Shown: positions 1 through 10,273, counted from the first letter of the stretch. The stretch: DNA of 64,000 nucleotides from an uncultured Chloroflexia bacterium (GCA_963698505.1 CAVORC010000023.1:14034-78033), one strand, 5' to 3'. The notes: generated by a model from the sequence alone, not told the origin. Numbers and translations: made by a program.

Positions 1-350
1 CAGCCGCCGTCTCCGTCATCGACATGGCCATGGCCGAGGCCGGCATCCCCAGCTTCGGCTATTTCGCGCAGGTACCGCACTACATCAGCGGCGAGTATCC
101 GGCCGCGGCGGTGGCGCTCGTCCGCGCGGCCGAGGCCCACATCGGCGAGTCCGTCACCACCGCGGCGCTGGAGCTGGAGGCACGCTCGATGGCAGCCAAG
201 CTGGATATCGCCGCGTCCGCGGACGACTCCACGCAGTCGTACGTCGAGCGACTCGAGGCGATGTCCGACGAAGCGCGATTGCCATCGGGCGACGAGCTCA
301 TCGGTGAGATCGAGCGGTTCCTTCGGGAGCGTGACACCGGCGACGGCTGA
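1..350 (+). CDS. PAC2 family protein, C-terminal part (5' end lies outside window)
   Basis: The frame is open from the window edge. AAVSVIDMAMAEAGIPSFGYFAQVPHYISGEYPAAAVALV resembles actinobacterial PAC2 proteins. Third-position GC is high. Confidence 0.55.
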   Translation, partial: AAVSVIDMAMAEAGIPSFGYFAQVPHYISGEYPAAAVALVRAAEAHIGESVTTAALELEARSMAAKLDIAASADDSTQSYVERLEAMSDEARLPSGDELIGEIERFLRERDTGDG

Positions 351-409
351 GGACCGCTGGCGTCGCCAGCCACGTCGGGCGAGCTCGGCGCGCCCTACAA
401 TCGCCGGAC

Positions 410-1714
410 GTGGAGCCCGCCATCGGATCGGACCTCGCCCTGGGCCTGCTCGCCCTGGCCGTCGCGGCCTACGCCATGGTCGCGGCACTGCTGGAGCGCT
501 GGTCGGTGTCGTCCGCCTTCGCCTTCCTCGTCATCGGCGCGATCATCGGTGGCATCGGCCTCGGCTCCGTCGCGAACGACCCACCGGGCACCGATGCCCT
601 GGGCATGCTTGCCGAGCTCACCCTCGCCCTGGTGCTGTTCAGCTCCGCGTCGACGATCCGGTTGCGCGGCCTGGAGGTGGACGCACCCGTCGTCGGGCGA
701 CTGCTGGCAGTCGGGCTCCCGCTCACCATCGGCGTTGGGACCGTGATGGCGCTGGGCCTGTTCCCCGGGATCTCACTTGGCCTCGCGCTGCTCATGGGCA
801 CGATCCTCGCCCCGACCGACGCAGACCTCGGCCACCAGGTCATCAGCGACCGGTCGGTGCCCGCTCGCGTCCGGCGCATCCTCAACATCGAGAGTGGGCT
901 CAACGATGGTATCGCGGCCCCGGTCGTGTCGGTGGCCCTCGCCATCGCGGCCGTGGGCGACCTGGGCGACGAGCGGATCGTCCTTGAGGGCCTGCTGGAG
1001 CTGGCAGCCGCGCTGCTGGTCGGCCTGGCCGTCGGGGGCGTCGGTCGCCGCCTGCTCGTGCTCGCCGAGCAACGCGGCCTCGCTACGTCCAGCTCCCGCC
1101 AGCTCGCCGTCCTGGCATTGGCGTTGGCAGCCTACTTCGTGGCGGCCGGACTGGGAGCCAGCGGCTTCATCGCCGCCTTCACGGCGGGCCTGGCATTCGG
1201 CATGGGCAGCAGTGAGCGAGTGGGTCCCGACATCACCTTCACCGAGACCCAGTCGGTCTTGCTGTCGATCGCCGTCTGGCTGATCTTCGGCCTGCTCGTG
1301 AGCGAGGAGCTGTCGAACCTCGCTGACCCGGCGGTGATCCTGTTCGCGCTGCTGGCACTGACGTTGATGCGCCTGCTCCCGGTCGCGCTGGCCCTCGCCG
1401 GAACCGGCTTCGACCGCATGACCGTGGCCTTCATCGGCTGGTTCGGCCCACGTGGGCTGGCCTCCGTCGTCTTCGTGCTGCTGGCCCTCGAGGTGCTGGA
1501 AGATGCCGGCGTGCCATCCGACCCCCTCGGGCCGGTCGTGGTCTGGACCGTGGTGCTCTCGGTCGTGGTACACGGCTTCAGCGCTCGGCGGCTGGCGGCC
1601 GGGTATGGGCGCTACGCGGCGCGTATCGCCGCCGGGCGCCCCGAACACCTGGGCGAGGGCGAGCCGCGACCTCGCGCCTGGGGCGTGCACGGTCATCACG
1701 ACGGCCCGGACTGA
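410..1714 (+). CDS. cation:proton antiporter (NhaP/CPA1-type Na+/H+ exchanger)
   Basis: 434 aa and strongly hydrophobic, with about 11-12 predicted helices. Motifs typical of Na+/H+ exchangers are present: ILAPTDADLG and NIESGLNDGIAAP. Confidence 0.85.
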   Translation: MEPAIGSDLALGLLALAVAAYAMVAALLERWSVSSAFAFLVIGAIIGGIGLGSVANDPPGTDALGMLAELTLALVLFSSASTIRLRGLEVDAPVVGRLLAVGLPLTIGVGTVMALGLFPGISLGLALLMGTILAPTDADLGHQVISDRSVPARVRRILNIESGLNDGIAAPVVSVALAIAAVGDLGDERIVLEGLLELAAALLVGLAVGGVGRRLLVLAEQRGLATSSSRQLAVLALALAAYFVAAGLGASGFIAAFTAGLAFGMGSSERVGPDITFTETQSVLLSIAVWLIFGLLVSEELSNLADPAVILFALLALTLMRLLPVALALAGTGFDRMTVAFIGWFGPRGLASVVFVLLALEVLEDAGVPSDPLGPVVVWTVVLSVVVHGFSARRLAAGYGRYAARIAAGRPEHLGEGEPRPRAWGVHGHHDGPD

Positions 1715-1769
1715 GACCTCACATGCCGGTGCCTGCCTGACCTCGGCCGACCGGTCTATCCTGAGCGCC

Positions 1770-2357
1770 ATGGAGAGAACGGCTTCTCTGTCCACGGTCA
1801 TGCTGCTGGCCGTGCTGCTGGCGCTGCTGCCCGTGGACGCTAGCGCACAGGTCGCCACCCTGCGGACCCCGGGGCCTGACGCGGCCGCGAGCGAGGCTCC
1901 CAACCGGGACGTCGACGGCGAGGAAGCCATCCTCGAGTTCGTTGACTGCCTGCGGGAGAACGGCCTCGATATCCCCGACCCACAGTTCGGGCCCGAAGGT
2001 GTCCGCTTCGCCGACCCTTCGGTCATCGCCAGCATCGACATCCGGGGCAGCGAGTTCCTCGATGCCCTCGAGGCCTGCCAGGACCGGCTGGCCGCGCTGC
2101 AGCCTGCGGTAGACGCCGAGCAGCAGGCCGAGCAGAACGAGCAGCTGCTGGCCTATGCCGAATGCATGCGCCGCGAGGGCATCGACTTCCCTGATCCCGA
2201 TCCGGTCCGAGGGCTGACCATCGGATCGATGCGTGGGGCCGATGGCGGACTGATGATCGACCCGTTCTCGCCGGAGTTCCGCGCTGCCGCGGCCGTGTGC
2301 TCCGCCGAGTCCGACCTGGACCTGCCCGCTGGCCCGCCGGCGCCCCAGGCTCCCTGA
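1770..2357 (+). CDS. secreted hypothetical protein, paralog 1 (duplicated C-x-R-E-N-G-x-D-x-PDP motif)
   Basis: Signal peptide MERTASLSTVMLLAVLLALLPVDASAQ. Two internal repeats: EFVDCLRENGLDIPDP and AYAECMRREGIDFPDPDP. Paralogous to the next gene. Confidence 0.6.
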   Translation: MERTASLSTVMLLAVLLALLPVDASAQVATLRTPGPDAAASEAPNRDVDGEEAILEFVDCLRENGLDIPDPQFGPEGVRFADPSVIASIDIRGSEFLDALEACQDRLAALQPAVDAEQQAEQNEQLLAYAECMRREGIDFPDPDPVRGLTIGSMRGADGGLMIDPFSPEFRAAAAVCSAESDLDLPAGPPAPQAP

Positions 2358-2462
2358 TCATGCGTGAACCGATTACATCAGCCTTACACGCCAGCCACAC
2401 GAGATTGACTGAACGACCGCACGGTAGGTGACGACCCGAACGCCGCACCCACGGAGGCCACG

Positions 2463-3095
2463 ATGCCCCACATGTCCGCCCACGTCCGCCTGGGGGCGCT
2501 GCCGCTGACCATCGCCTTGTGCCTCGCCCTGGCCGTGCCCGCTTCAGCGCAGGTCGCGACGCTGGTGGACCCAGGCGACGAACCATCACCCTCACCCGAC
2601 GCCCTCGAGAGCGAGCTTGCATTCGCCGACCGCGACGAAGCCATCCTGGCGTACGCCCAGTGCATGCGCGACAACGGCATCGACATGGACGACCCGGTCG
2701 CTGGCGAGCCCGGCGGGCGCGGCTTCTTCGGCGGCCGGGCTGGCGGCGGTGAGCTCGACCGCTTCGGCGACGAGTTCCAGTCGGCCCAGCAGGCCTGCGG
2801 CGCGATCCTCGAGGCCGCCCGACCCGAGACCGATCCGGAGGCGGAGCAGGAGCGGCTGGACGAGGAGCTCGCGCTGGCCCAGTGCTTCCGCGAGAACGGC
2901 TATCCCGACTACCCCGATCCCAGCATCGGGAGCGATGGTCGGCTCGAGCGCGGTGGCTTCGCCCTGCAGGAGCTGGGCATCGATCGTCGCTCCGAGGAGT
3001 TCCAGGAGACCCGGATGGCCTGCGCCGAGGAGCTGGGCATCGAGGCCTTCGGACCAGGCGGTGGGCCCGGAGGGTTTGGTCAAGGAGGCGGATGA
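2463..3095 (+). CDS. secreted hypothetical protein, paralog 2
   Basis: GGAGG 6 nt upstream of the ATG. Signal peptide ends in ASAQVATL, as in paralog 1. Repeats AYAQCMRDNGIDMDDP and LAQCFRENGYPDYPDP. Confidence 0.6.
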   Translation: MPHMSAHVRLGALPLTIALCLALAVPASAQVATLVDPGDEPSPSPDALESELAFADRDEAILAYAQCMRDNGIDMDDPVAGEPGGRGFFGGRAGGGELDRFGDEFQSAQQACGAILEAARPETDPEAEQERLDEELALAQCFRENGYPDYPDPSIGSDGRLERGGFALQELGIDRRSEEFQETRMACAEELGIEAFGPGGGPGGFGQGGG

Positions 3096-4168
3096 TCGTG
3101 CGATCGCTCGCCCTCGCCGGAGTCGTCGCCCTGACGGGTGGAGCCGTCCTGCTGGCCGCCAGTCTGCCTCTCGGCGACTCCGATGACGCAGCCAGCGCAG
3201 CCGCCACACCCATCGTGCCGGTGGCCACCGCCACCATCGTGCAGCGTACGATGGAGTCGACCGAGGAGTTCGCCGGCACGCTGGGGTACGCCGGCGAGGG
3301 CGTCATCATCTCCGGGCTCAACGGCACCTACACGGACCTGCCCGAGGCCGGGGAGATCCTCACGCTCGGGGACGAGATCTACGAGGTCGACGGCACCAGG
3401 ACCTCGTACCTGATGTACGGCAAGCGACCCGCCTATCGCGCCCTCGACAAGGACAGTGAGAACGGGCCCGACGTCAAGCAGCTCGAGGAGAGCCTCGCAC
3501 TGATCGGGTTCCCCAGCGTCCTGGGCCAGGACTTCAAGCCTGACTGGAACTTCCGCCAGAAGACGGAGGATGCTGTCGTCAAGTGGCAGAAGCGAACCAA
3601 CCAGGAGAAGGACGGCCGCATCGAGCTGGGCGAAGTCACGTTCGTCCCCGGAGACGTCCGCATCACCGAGGTGCTCCCTGAGCTCGGCTCACGCTCGCAG
3701 GCCGGGCAGGTGCTGGCCTACACGAGCGGAACCGACCTCGTCGTGACCCTCGATCTGGAAGCCGACAGGCGTGACATCGTCGGCGTCGGGGACCAGGTCT
3801 CGGTCGAGCTTCCCGACGGCAGCACCACCGACGGGACGGTCACCGAGATCTCCAGCGTCGCCCAGACGCTCGCCGGCGCCAGCGAGCCCACCGTCGAGGT
3901 GACCGTGGAGCTGGCCGACACGACCGTGGTGGGCGACCTGGACGGAGCCGAGGTCGAGGTCAGCGTCGTGCGCCAGACGCGACCCGACGTGCTCACGGTG
4001 CCGGTGGATGCCCTCCTCGCCCTCCGCGAGGGCGGCTATGCCCTCGAGATGGTGGCCGCCGACGGCACGACCTACCTCACCGCTGTCGAGGTCGGCCTCT
4101 TCGATGACGATGGCGTCGAGGTCAGCGGCGACTTCGGCGCTGGCGATACCGTCGTCGTGCCGGCGTGA
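3092..4168 (+). CDS. HlyD/MacA-type periplasmic adaptor with peptidoglycan-binding domain
   Basis: AAGGAGG RBS and an ATGA overlap with the upstream stop. N-terminal TM anchor. [16 protein letters not shown]...AVVKWQK is a PG_binding_1-like segment. The C-terminal half is beta-rich and adaptor-like. Confidence 0.75.
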   Translation: MIVRSLALAGVVALTGGAVLLAASLPLGDSDDAASAAATPIVPVATATIVQRTMESTEEFAGTLGYAGEGVIISGLNGTYTDLPEAGEILTLGDEIYEVDGTRTSYLMYGKRPAYRALDKDSENGPDVKQLEESLALIGFPSVLGQDFKPDWNFRQKTEDAVVKWQKRTNQEKDGRIELGEVTFVPGDVRITEVLPELGSRSQAGQVLAYTSGTDLVVTLDLEADRRDIVGVGDQVSVELPDGSTTDGTVTEISSVAQTLAGASEPTVEVTVELADTTVVGDLDGAEVEVSVVRQTRPDVLTVPVDALLALREGGYALEMVAADGTTYLTAVEVGLFDDDGVEVSGDFGAGDTVVVPA

Positions 4169-5187
4169 CACAGCCTTCGAGCGGCCCTGCGGCACCGGGT
4201 CTCCAACCGCCGGGGCTCCCCACGCCACCGTGGCGCCCATCAGGGCGCTCAAGCGAGTGGCTCAGTGACAACGTCGAGGACGCCCCTCGCGAGGTCGCGG
4301 CGGCGGCGCCACGACCACCGGGGCCGAGCCCATCGGCACCGCCTCTGCCGCCTGCCGTGCCGGCCTCGGCGATGCGGCCCCCCATCGGCATCGGCGGTTC
4401 GCCGGCAGCCATCCCGCTGGCGCGGCGACGACCACCTCCGACCGGCCAACCGCTACCGCGCCTTCCCGGACCGCCCCCGCGTCGGCCGCTGGGCCCGGTG
4501 GTGCTCGACCTCGACGGCGCGGTCCGCACCTATCCCGGCGATCCACCCGTGGAGGCGCTGCGCGGCGTGAACCTCCGCGTTCGGGCCGGCGAGCTGGTCG
4601 CCATCGTGGGGCCTTCCGGCTCCGGCAAGTCGACCTTGCTGCACGTCCTGGGAACGCTCGACAAGCCCACCAGCGGCGTCGTGAAGGTCGCCGGCTTCGA
4701 CATCGGCAAGCTCTCTGACAAGGACCTCTCGGGTCTGCGCAGCCAGCATGTCGGCTTCATCTTCCAGCAGTTCTTCCTGCTGGAGGGATTGAGCGCCCTG
4801 GACAACGTGGCCAATGGCCTGCTCTACCGCGGCGTCAGCCCGGGTGAGCGCCGCAGGCTTGCCGGCGAGGCACTGTCACGAGTGGGCCTGGCGCACCGTG
4901 CCGAGCACCGACCAGGCAAGCTCTCGGGCGGTGAACGACAGCGGGTGGCCATCGCTCGGGCCATCGTCGGCCGACCCAGCGTCGTGCTCGCTGACGAGCC
5001 CACCGGCAACCTCGACAGCCGCACCGGCCGCGTCATCCTCGACCTGCTCGAGGAGCTCAACCGCCGCGACGGCACCACCATCGTGGTCATCACCCACGAC
5101 CACTCGGTGGCTGCGCGCATGCCTCGGCGGCTCGAGATCCTCGACGGCCGCATGGTGCGCAATTCGATGACGGGGATCAGCGCATGA
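4165..5187 (+). CDS. ABC transporter ATP-binding protein (MacB/LolD-type); start uncertain
   Basis: Walker [10 protein letters not shown], signature [14 protein letters not shown], Walker [13 protein letters not shown]. The annotated GTG overlaps the upstream stop (GTGA), but the first ~110 codons are Pro-rich. An alternative GTG lies near 4498. Confidence 0.85.
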   Translation: MTQPSSGPAAPGLQPPGLPTPPWRPSGRSSEWLSDNVEDAPREVAAAAPRPPGPSPSAPPLPPAVPASAMRPPIGIGGSPAAIPLARRRPPPTGQPLPRLPGPPPRRPLGPVVLDLDGAVRTYPGDPPVEALRGVNLRVRAGELVAIVGPSGSGKSTLLHVLGTLDKPTSGVVKVAGFDIGKLSDKDLSGLRSQHVGFIFQQFFLLEGLSALDNVANGLLYRGVSPGERRRLAGEALSRVGLAHRAEHRPGKLSGGERQRVAIARAIVGRPSVVLADEPTGNLDSRTGRVILDLLEELNRRDGTTIVVITHDHSVAARMPRRLEILDGRMVRNSMTGISA

Positions 5188-6437
5188 CCGCCGAGGCCCG
5201 ACCGCTCGCGACCAAGGGCCCGCCCCCGGCAGAGACCCGCGCGCCGCGCAAGCCCCGTTCCAGCAAGCTCCACCCCAGCGACCTTGTCGGCCTCGGCGCC
5301 GTCGGCCTCAGGGCCAGCCGCGTCCGCGCGGCCCTCACCATGATCGGCATCGCCATCGGCATCGCGGCCATGGTGGGCGTCCTCGTCATCAGCGAGTCCA
5401 GTCGGTCCGACCTGCTTGCCCAGCTCGACCGGCTCGGTACCAACATGCTGCGCGTCACCGCCGGCCAGACGCTCTTCGGGGGTGAGGCTGAGCTCGCGCC
5501 CGAGGCACGAGCGATGATCGGCCGCATCGGTCCCGTGGAGTCGGCCGCCAGCGTCGCCACCGTCGAGGCGACCGTTCGACGGACGGACTATGTCGACGAG
5601 GGCCGCACGGGCGGGATCGCGGTGACCGCCGCCGACCTCGACCTGCTGGATACCCTGCGGGCCGAGGTCGGCATCGGCTCGTGGCTCGATGAGGCCTCCT
5701 CGACGATGCCCACGACGGTCCTGGGCAACACCGCCGCGCGTCGCCTGGGCATCGACGAGACGGGCGTTCGCGTCTGGCTGGGCGATCGCTGGTTCACCGT
5801 CGTCGGCATCCTGGCCCCGGTCGAGCTTGCCAGCGAGCTCGACTCCTCGGCCTTCGTCGGTGTACCGCTCGCCGAGACCCTCTTCGAGCACGATGGTTCG
5901 CCATCCACCATCTACGTGCGCAGCGACGTCGAGTACATCGAGGACGTGCGCGCGGTGCTGGGGCGGACCGCCAACCCCGAGGACGCCAGCGAGGTGGACG
6001 TGACACGCCCGTCCGACGTCCTCGAGGCCAAGGCCGCTGCGGCCGTCGCGTTCACCGACCTGTTCCTCGGGCTGGGGGCCGTTGCCCTCATCGTCGGTGG
6101 GTTCGGCATCGCCAACGTGATGCTGATGTCAGTCATGGAGCGTCGCGGCGAGATCGGCCTGCGCCGCGCGCTCGGCGCCACTCGCCGTCACATCGCCCTG
6201 CAGTTCGTCAGCGAGGCCCTCGCCCTGGCCACCGTCGGCGGCGTGCTGGGCGTCCTGCTCGGCGCCGGCCTGGCCGTGGCCTACGCCATCAGCCAGGCGT
6301 GGATGCCGATCATCCCTGCCGTCGCCGTGGTCGGTGGGATCGGCGCGGCGATCGCCATCGGCGCGCTCGCCGGCTTCTACCCGGCGATGCGAGCGGCGCG
6401 GCTCTCCCCTACAGACGCGCTCCGCGGAGCCGAGTAG
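5184..6437 (+). CDS. ABC transporter permease (FtsX/MacB-type)
   Basis: ATGA overlap with the ATPase gene. One N-terminal TM, a large extracytoplasmic domain, then a C-terminal FtsX-like 3-TM bundle ([19 protein letters not shown]). Confidence 0.85.
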   Translation: MTAEARPLATKGPPPAETRAPRKPRSSKLHPSDLVGLGAVGLRASRVRAALTMIGIAIGIAAMVGVLVISESSRSDLLAQLDRLGTNMLRVTAGQTLFGGEAELAPEARAMIGRIGPVESAASVATVEATVRRTDYVDEGRTGGIAVTAADLDLLDTLRAEVGIGSWLDEASSTMPTTVLGNTAARRLGIDETGVRVWLGDRWFTVVGILAPVELASELDSSAFVGVPLAETLFEHDGSPSTIYVRSDVEYIEDVRAVLGRTANPEDASEVDVTRPSDVLEAKAAAAVAFTDLFLGLGAVALIVGGFGIANVMLMSVMERRGEIGLRRALGATRRHIALQFVSEALALATVGGVLGVLLGAGLAVAYAISQAWMPIIPAVAVVGGIGAAIAIGALAGFYPAMRAARLSPTDALRGAE

Positions 6438-6847
6438 GGACCTGGGCCGCCCCGCGGCGACCAGCCCGGGCTGGCCAACCAGCTGAAGCGGGCACGATGG
6501 CGAGCGAACCAGCGGTAGCCCGGCTCGACCAGGCCGACGAGCGGCGGACGGCGCGCCAGCCGGACCCACGGTCGAAGAGCAGGCACACGTTCGAGGGCAC
6601 GCAGCATGGCATCCCCGCCGCTGGCCCACTCGCCACGCTCGTCGATGACGTGCAGCGCTCGCCGCAGGTCACGCCGCTCGGCCAGCGCGCGGACCACCGG
6701 CCAGTCGTCCTCGGAAGCCCGCTGCAGTGGTCGAAGCCGTAGTCGGCCGGCCCGGTCGAGCGCAGCGAGGCGTGCCGCGATCCGCGTGCACACGCGGCAC
6801 TGCGCGTCGTACAGGACCGTCAGACGGGTACCGCTGTCGAGAGCCAC
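6377..6847 (-). CDS. DCC1-like thiol-disulfide oxidoreductase (DUF393)
   Basis: The N-terminal LTVLYDAQCRVCTR (D-x-x-C-x-x-C) motif is typical of the DCC family. The 3' end overlaps the permease gene by about 60 nt, so the true stop is uncertain. Confidence 0.65.
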   Translation of the reverse strand: MALDSGTRLTVLYDAQCRVCTRIAARLAALDRAGRLRLRPLQRASEDDWPVVRALAERRDLRRALHVIDERGEWASGGDAMLRALERVPALRPWVRLARRPPLVGLVEPGYRWFARHRARFSWLASPGWSPRGGPGPYSAPRSASVGESRAARIAG

Positions 6848-6860
6848 GGTGGTCGCGCTG

Positions 6861-7505
6861 CTAGCCGCGGATGCGGATGAGCGTCACTCCGTCGCGCATC
6901 GTCAGCATCACGGCCTCCACGCGCGGATCGCTGACGACACGGTCGTTGAAGGCGCGCATGGCGATGACACCTGGATCGGGGCTGGCAGCGTCCAGCACCC
7001 TCCCGCGCCGCAGGACATTGTCGGCCACGATGAGGCCTCCCTTCCGCAGCAGCGGCACGACGGCCTCGTAGTAGTCGGGATAGCCGGTCTTGTCGGCATC
7101 GATGAAGGCCATGTCGTAGGGACCCGACAGACGAGCCAGGGTCGCCAGGGCCGGGCCCATGTGGACGGTGATGCGCGAAGCCTCGCCGCCGAGGTCGATG
7201 TGCTCGCGGGCCTTTGCCGCATGGTCGGCGCTGAGCTCGAGCGTATCGATGTGGCCGTCAGCGGGCAACGTCTCCGCCATCGCCAGCGCCGAGTAGCCGC
7301 TGAAGGTGCCCACCTCGAGGATGCGGCGCGCACCGCTGACCGCCACCAGCAGGCGCAGGAGCTGGCCTTCGGCTGCGTCGATCATGTAGCCCGGGTGGTC
7401 GCTCCAGGCGATGGTGGACTGGGCCACGGTCTGCAGCAGCTCGGAGGCGGCCGTGGTGTGGCGCGCGGCGTACGCCTCCATGGCCGGGTCCGCGACGGGC
7501 CGCAT
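6861..7505 (-). CDS. class I SAM-dependent O-methyltransferase (caffeoyl-CoA OMT-like)
   Basis: ILEVGTFSGYSAL SAM motif, plus FIDADKTGYPDYYE and GGLIVADNVL. I chose the internal ATG at 7505 because the longer upstream ORF part is Arg/Gly junk overlapping the next gene. Confidence 0.85.
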   Translation of the reverse strand: MRPVADPAMEAYAARHTTAASELLQTVAQSTIAWSDHPGYMIDAAEGQLLRLLVAVSGARRILEVGTFSGYSALAMAETLPADGHIDTLELSADHAAKAREHIDLGGEASRITVHMGPALATLARLSGPYDMAFIDADKTGYPDYYEAVVPLLRKGGLIVADNVLRRGRVLDAASPDPGVIAMRAFNDRVVSDPRVEAVMLTMRDGVTLIRIRG

Positions 7506-7516
7506 CGGGCGGTCGC

Positions 7517-7927
7517 TCACGAGGCGCGCAACCGGGTGGGCTGCACGTGGATGCGTACCGGGTAGTCGGCGGCGAACGATTCCGGCGTCATGCCCAGGTC
7601 GGACATGGGCACCTCGTACTTGGCAACGTAGCGCTCGTCCAGGTTGGCCGGAGGCCCGTCCTCGACGATCAGCGCCTTGCCCTCGATGATGACGACCTCC
7701 CCACCCTCGGCTGTGCTGTTGAGGTTCAGGCAGACTCGATCGTTGGCGCGGATGTTGCGGGTGCGCGGCGTCCTGCCCAGCGAGTACACGACGATGACGT
7801 CGTCGTCCACCAGGAACCACACGGGCGAGGTCTGGGGTTGGCCGGCGGCGTTGACGGTGGTCATCCAGGCAACGAGCTCACCGGCCAGTCGCTCCCGGAT
7901 GTCGGGACGTTCATCGAACATGCGCAC
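7517..7927 (-). CDS. PPOX-class probable F420-dependent enzyme (pyridoxamine 5'-phosphate oxidase fold)
   Basis: 136 aa. VAWMTTVNAAGQPQTSPVWFLVDDDVIVVYS is a typical split-barrel FMN/F420-binding family pattern. Confidence 0.7.
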   Translation of the reverse strand: MRMFDERPDIRERLAGELVAWMTTVNAAGQPQTSPVWFLVDDDVIVVYSLGRTPRTRNIRANDRVCLNLNSTAEGGEVVIIEGKALIVEDGPPANLDERYVAKYEVPMSDLGMTPESFAADYPVRIHVQPTRLRAS

Positions 7928-7983
7928 AGGATAGTGGCCGGGCAGCGGGCTGTCGGGCGCGCCTCATCGCCTACCATGGGCCG

Positions 7984-8268
7984 ATGCTCCAACCGGACGG
8001 CTCCATCCGCATCGCCTGGCAGGCCGATGGCTTCGAGGCCATCTTCGTCCGGGCGCGCTTCCGCCCGGCTCCCGAGCTCGACGGCTTCGCCAAGGGTGTG
8101 GCCGATGTGGCGCTGCTGGAACGGACGCTGCCTGACCTGCGGACGGAGCTGCGCAAGCGCTACCCCGGTGAGTTCGACCTCATCACCGACGAACCCGTGT
8201 CCGCGCCGGGCCGCGTGATCGTGTCATTCCATCCGCCGCGGGGTAGGCCCAACCCGGACCCATGGTGA
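7984..8268 (+). CDS. hypothetical protein
   Basis: 94 codons with very high third-position GC and normal amino-acid composition. No family recognised. Confidence 0.55.
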   Translation: MLQPDGSIRIAWQADGFEAIFVRARFRPAPELDGFAKGVADVALLERTLPDLRTELRKRYPGEFDLITDEPVSAPGRVIVSFHPPRGRPNPDPW

Positions 8269-8272
8269 TCGC

Positions 8273-9352
8273 GTGAGCGACGAGATGCTCCAGGTCTGGG
8301 AGGCGGACGGCGCCTACGAGCTGATCGACGAGCACCTGCGCCGCGCCGGCTTCTTCGAGCACCCCGGGGAGGCGTCCGCCGGACGCTGCGCCGACGTCTA
8401 CCTGGGCCACGGGCTCTCGGAGGCCGTGCGACGAAGCCGCCGGCCGGCACGGCCGGAGCCGGCGGCACTGCCGCTCGCAGCGTGCCGTGTCCGGTCCGCC
8501 GCCGAAGAGGCACCGACCGGAGGGGCCTTCGAGGTGGGCGACTGGGATCACACGTGGACCGCCGCCGAGCACGCCCAGGCTGTCGCACGTGCCCGCGAGG
8601 CCATCGCCGCCGGGGAGGTCTACCAGGTCAACCTCGTGCAGCACATGAGCGCCCGCTTCCGCGGCGAGCCCACTGCCGTGGCCGGCGTCCTGGCACCATA
8701 CGCGCCACTCCGACCGCGCCCGCTGCAGGGACCTGGCTGGACCATCGTCTCGGCTTCCCCGGAGCTCTTCCTCGCACGCCGCGGGCGCCGCATCTGGACG
8801 ATGCCCATCAAGGGCACCCGGCCCGCCGGTGACGTCGACGCGCTGCGCGCTTCGACCAAGGACGCCGCCGAGCACGTCATGATCGTGGACCTCGAGCGCA
8901 ACGACCTTGGCCGCATCTGCGAGCCCGGGAGCGTGACCTGGCCCGAGCTCATGCGCGCGCGTTCCATGGCCGGCGTCGAGCACCTCGTCTCGCGGGTCGA
9001 GGGACGAGTCCGGGCCGACGTGACGTTCACCGCCGCGATGCGCGCGATGTTCCCCGGCGGCTCGGTCACCGGAGCACCCAAGATCGCGGCCCTCGATCAC
9101 ATCAACGCGCTCGAGCCCGTCGGCCGCGGCGCCTCCATGGGCGCCCTCGGGACCGTCTGGCCCAACGGTGACTTCGAGCTGGCGCTGACCATCCGCACCT
9201 TCGCCATCGTGGGCGATCGCATCCATTTCTGGGTCGGCGGTGGGGTGGTCTGGGACTCCGAGCCGGCCGCAGAGGTCGAGGAGTCATGGGTCAAGGCGCG
9301 GCCCCTGCTCGACACCCTCGCGCGCGCCTCGGGCGACGCGGTGGCAGCGTGA
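8273..9352 (+). CDS. pabB: aminodeoxychorismate synthase component I (chorismate-binding enzyme)
   Basis: GEVYQVNLVQ, SASPELFL, IKGTRP, DLERNDLGRIC, FPGGSVTGAPK and ALTIRT are chorismate-binding family motifs. Followed by a class IV aminotransferase gene. Confidence 0.8.
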   Translation: MSDEMLQVWEADGAYELIDEHLRRAGFFEHPGEASAGRCADVYLGHGLSEAVRRSRRPARPEPAALPLAACRVRSAAEEAPTGGAFEVGDWDHTWTAAEHAQAVARAREAIAAGEVYQVNLVQHMSARFRGEPTAVAGVLAPYAPLRPRPLQGPGWTIVSASPELFLARRGRRIWTMPIKGTRPAGDVDALRASTKDAAEHVMIVDLERNDLGRICEPGSVTWPELMRARSMAGVEHLVSRVEGRVRADVTFTAAMRAMFPGGSVTGAPKIAALDHINALEPVGRGASMGALGTVWPNGDFELALTIRTFAIVGDRIHFWVGGGVVWDSEPAAEVEESWVKARPLLDTLARASGDAVAA

Positions 9353-10230
9353 TGACGACAGGCCGCCCGCTCGCGGTCGGCGTCCTCGGGATGGGCGTGG
9401 TCGATCCCGACGTACCGGTGATCCATGCCGACGACGCCGGCCTGCTGCGCGGCCTGGCCGCCTTCGAGACACTGCGCGTCTACGCGGGCCGGCCCTTCGC
9501 CATGGCCGAGCACCTCGAGCGCCTGGGCAGCTCGGCAGCGCGCATGCGGCTACCCCTGCCGGACCGCGACGCCCTGGAGGACCTGGCGGCTGCGACGTTG
9601 ACAGCGGCCGAGGTCGCCGACTGCTCGCTGCGCTTCACGCTGACCGGCGGACGCCCCGGGCAGGGACCGGTGGCGATGGTCGTGGTCCTGCCGCTGCCAG
9701 CCGACCTGGAGGCCACGCGCACCCGGGGCATCCGTGCGGTGACCCTGCAGCTGGGGATCGATCCCCGCCTGCGCCAGGATGCACCGTGGCTCCTCGACGG
9801 CGTCAAGTCCACCTCGTACGCGGTGAACATGGCCGCCTTCGACGAGGCACGTCGGCGAGGCGCGGAGGACGCGGTGTTCATCGCTGCCGACGGCTCGGTG
9901 CTGGAAGGGCCCGTCACCAACGTGTGGTGGCGCCGCGGTGAGGTGCTCTACACGCCGGCCCTGGACCTCGGCATCCTCGCCGGAGTCACGCGGGCGCACG
10001 TCCTGCGCCTCGCTCGCGGCGCGGGCCGGCAGGTTCGCGAAGGCTGGTTCCCGCAGAGCCACCTTGCCGCAGCCGACGAGGCCTTCAGCTCATCATCGGT
10101 GCGAGAGCTCATGCCCATCGTGGCACTCGATGGCAACCCCATCGGCGGCGGCGAGCCGGGACCGGTCGCGAGGGGACTGCAGGTCGCGCTGCGCGCGGCA
10201 GCGGGCGTCGGGACCGGGCTGCCCGGCTAG
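9352..10230 (+). CDS. pabC: aminodeoxychorismate lyase / class IV aminotransferase
   Basis: GTGATGA overlap with the pabB stop. GLAAFETLRVY, VKSTSYAVNM, EGPVTNVWW and GILAGVTR are class IV PLP enzyme motifs. Confidence 0.75.
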   Translation: MTTGRPLAVGVLGMGVVDPDVPVIHADDAGLLRGLAAFETLRVYAGRPFAMAEHLERLGSSAARMRLPLPDRDALEDLAAATLTAAEVADCSLRFTLTGGRPGQGPVAMVVVLPLPADLEATRTRGIRAVTLQLGIDPRLRQDAPWLLDGVKSTSYAVNMAAFDEARRRGAEDAVFIAADGSVLEGPVTNVWWRRGEVLYTPALDLGILAGVTRAHVLRLARGAGRQVREGWFPQSHLAAADEAFSSSSVRELMPIVALDGNPIGGGEPGPVARGLQVALRAAAGVGTGLPG

Positions 10231-10254
10231 GTCGACACCGTGGGAATCACGAGA

Positions 10255-10273
10255 CCCACGCGCCGGGCGTGGG
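10255..10273 (+). terminator. possible hairpin terminator after pabC (CCCACGC-GCCGG-GCGTGGG)
   Basis: 7-bp GC-rich stem with a 5-nt loop, 25 nt after the pabC stop. There is no U-tract, and a competing pairing exists with CGTGGG at 10239-10244. Confidence 0.25.
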
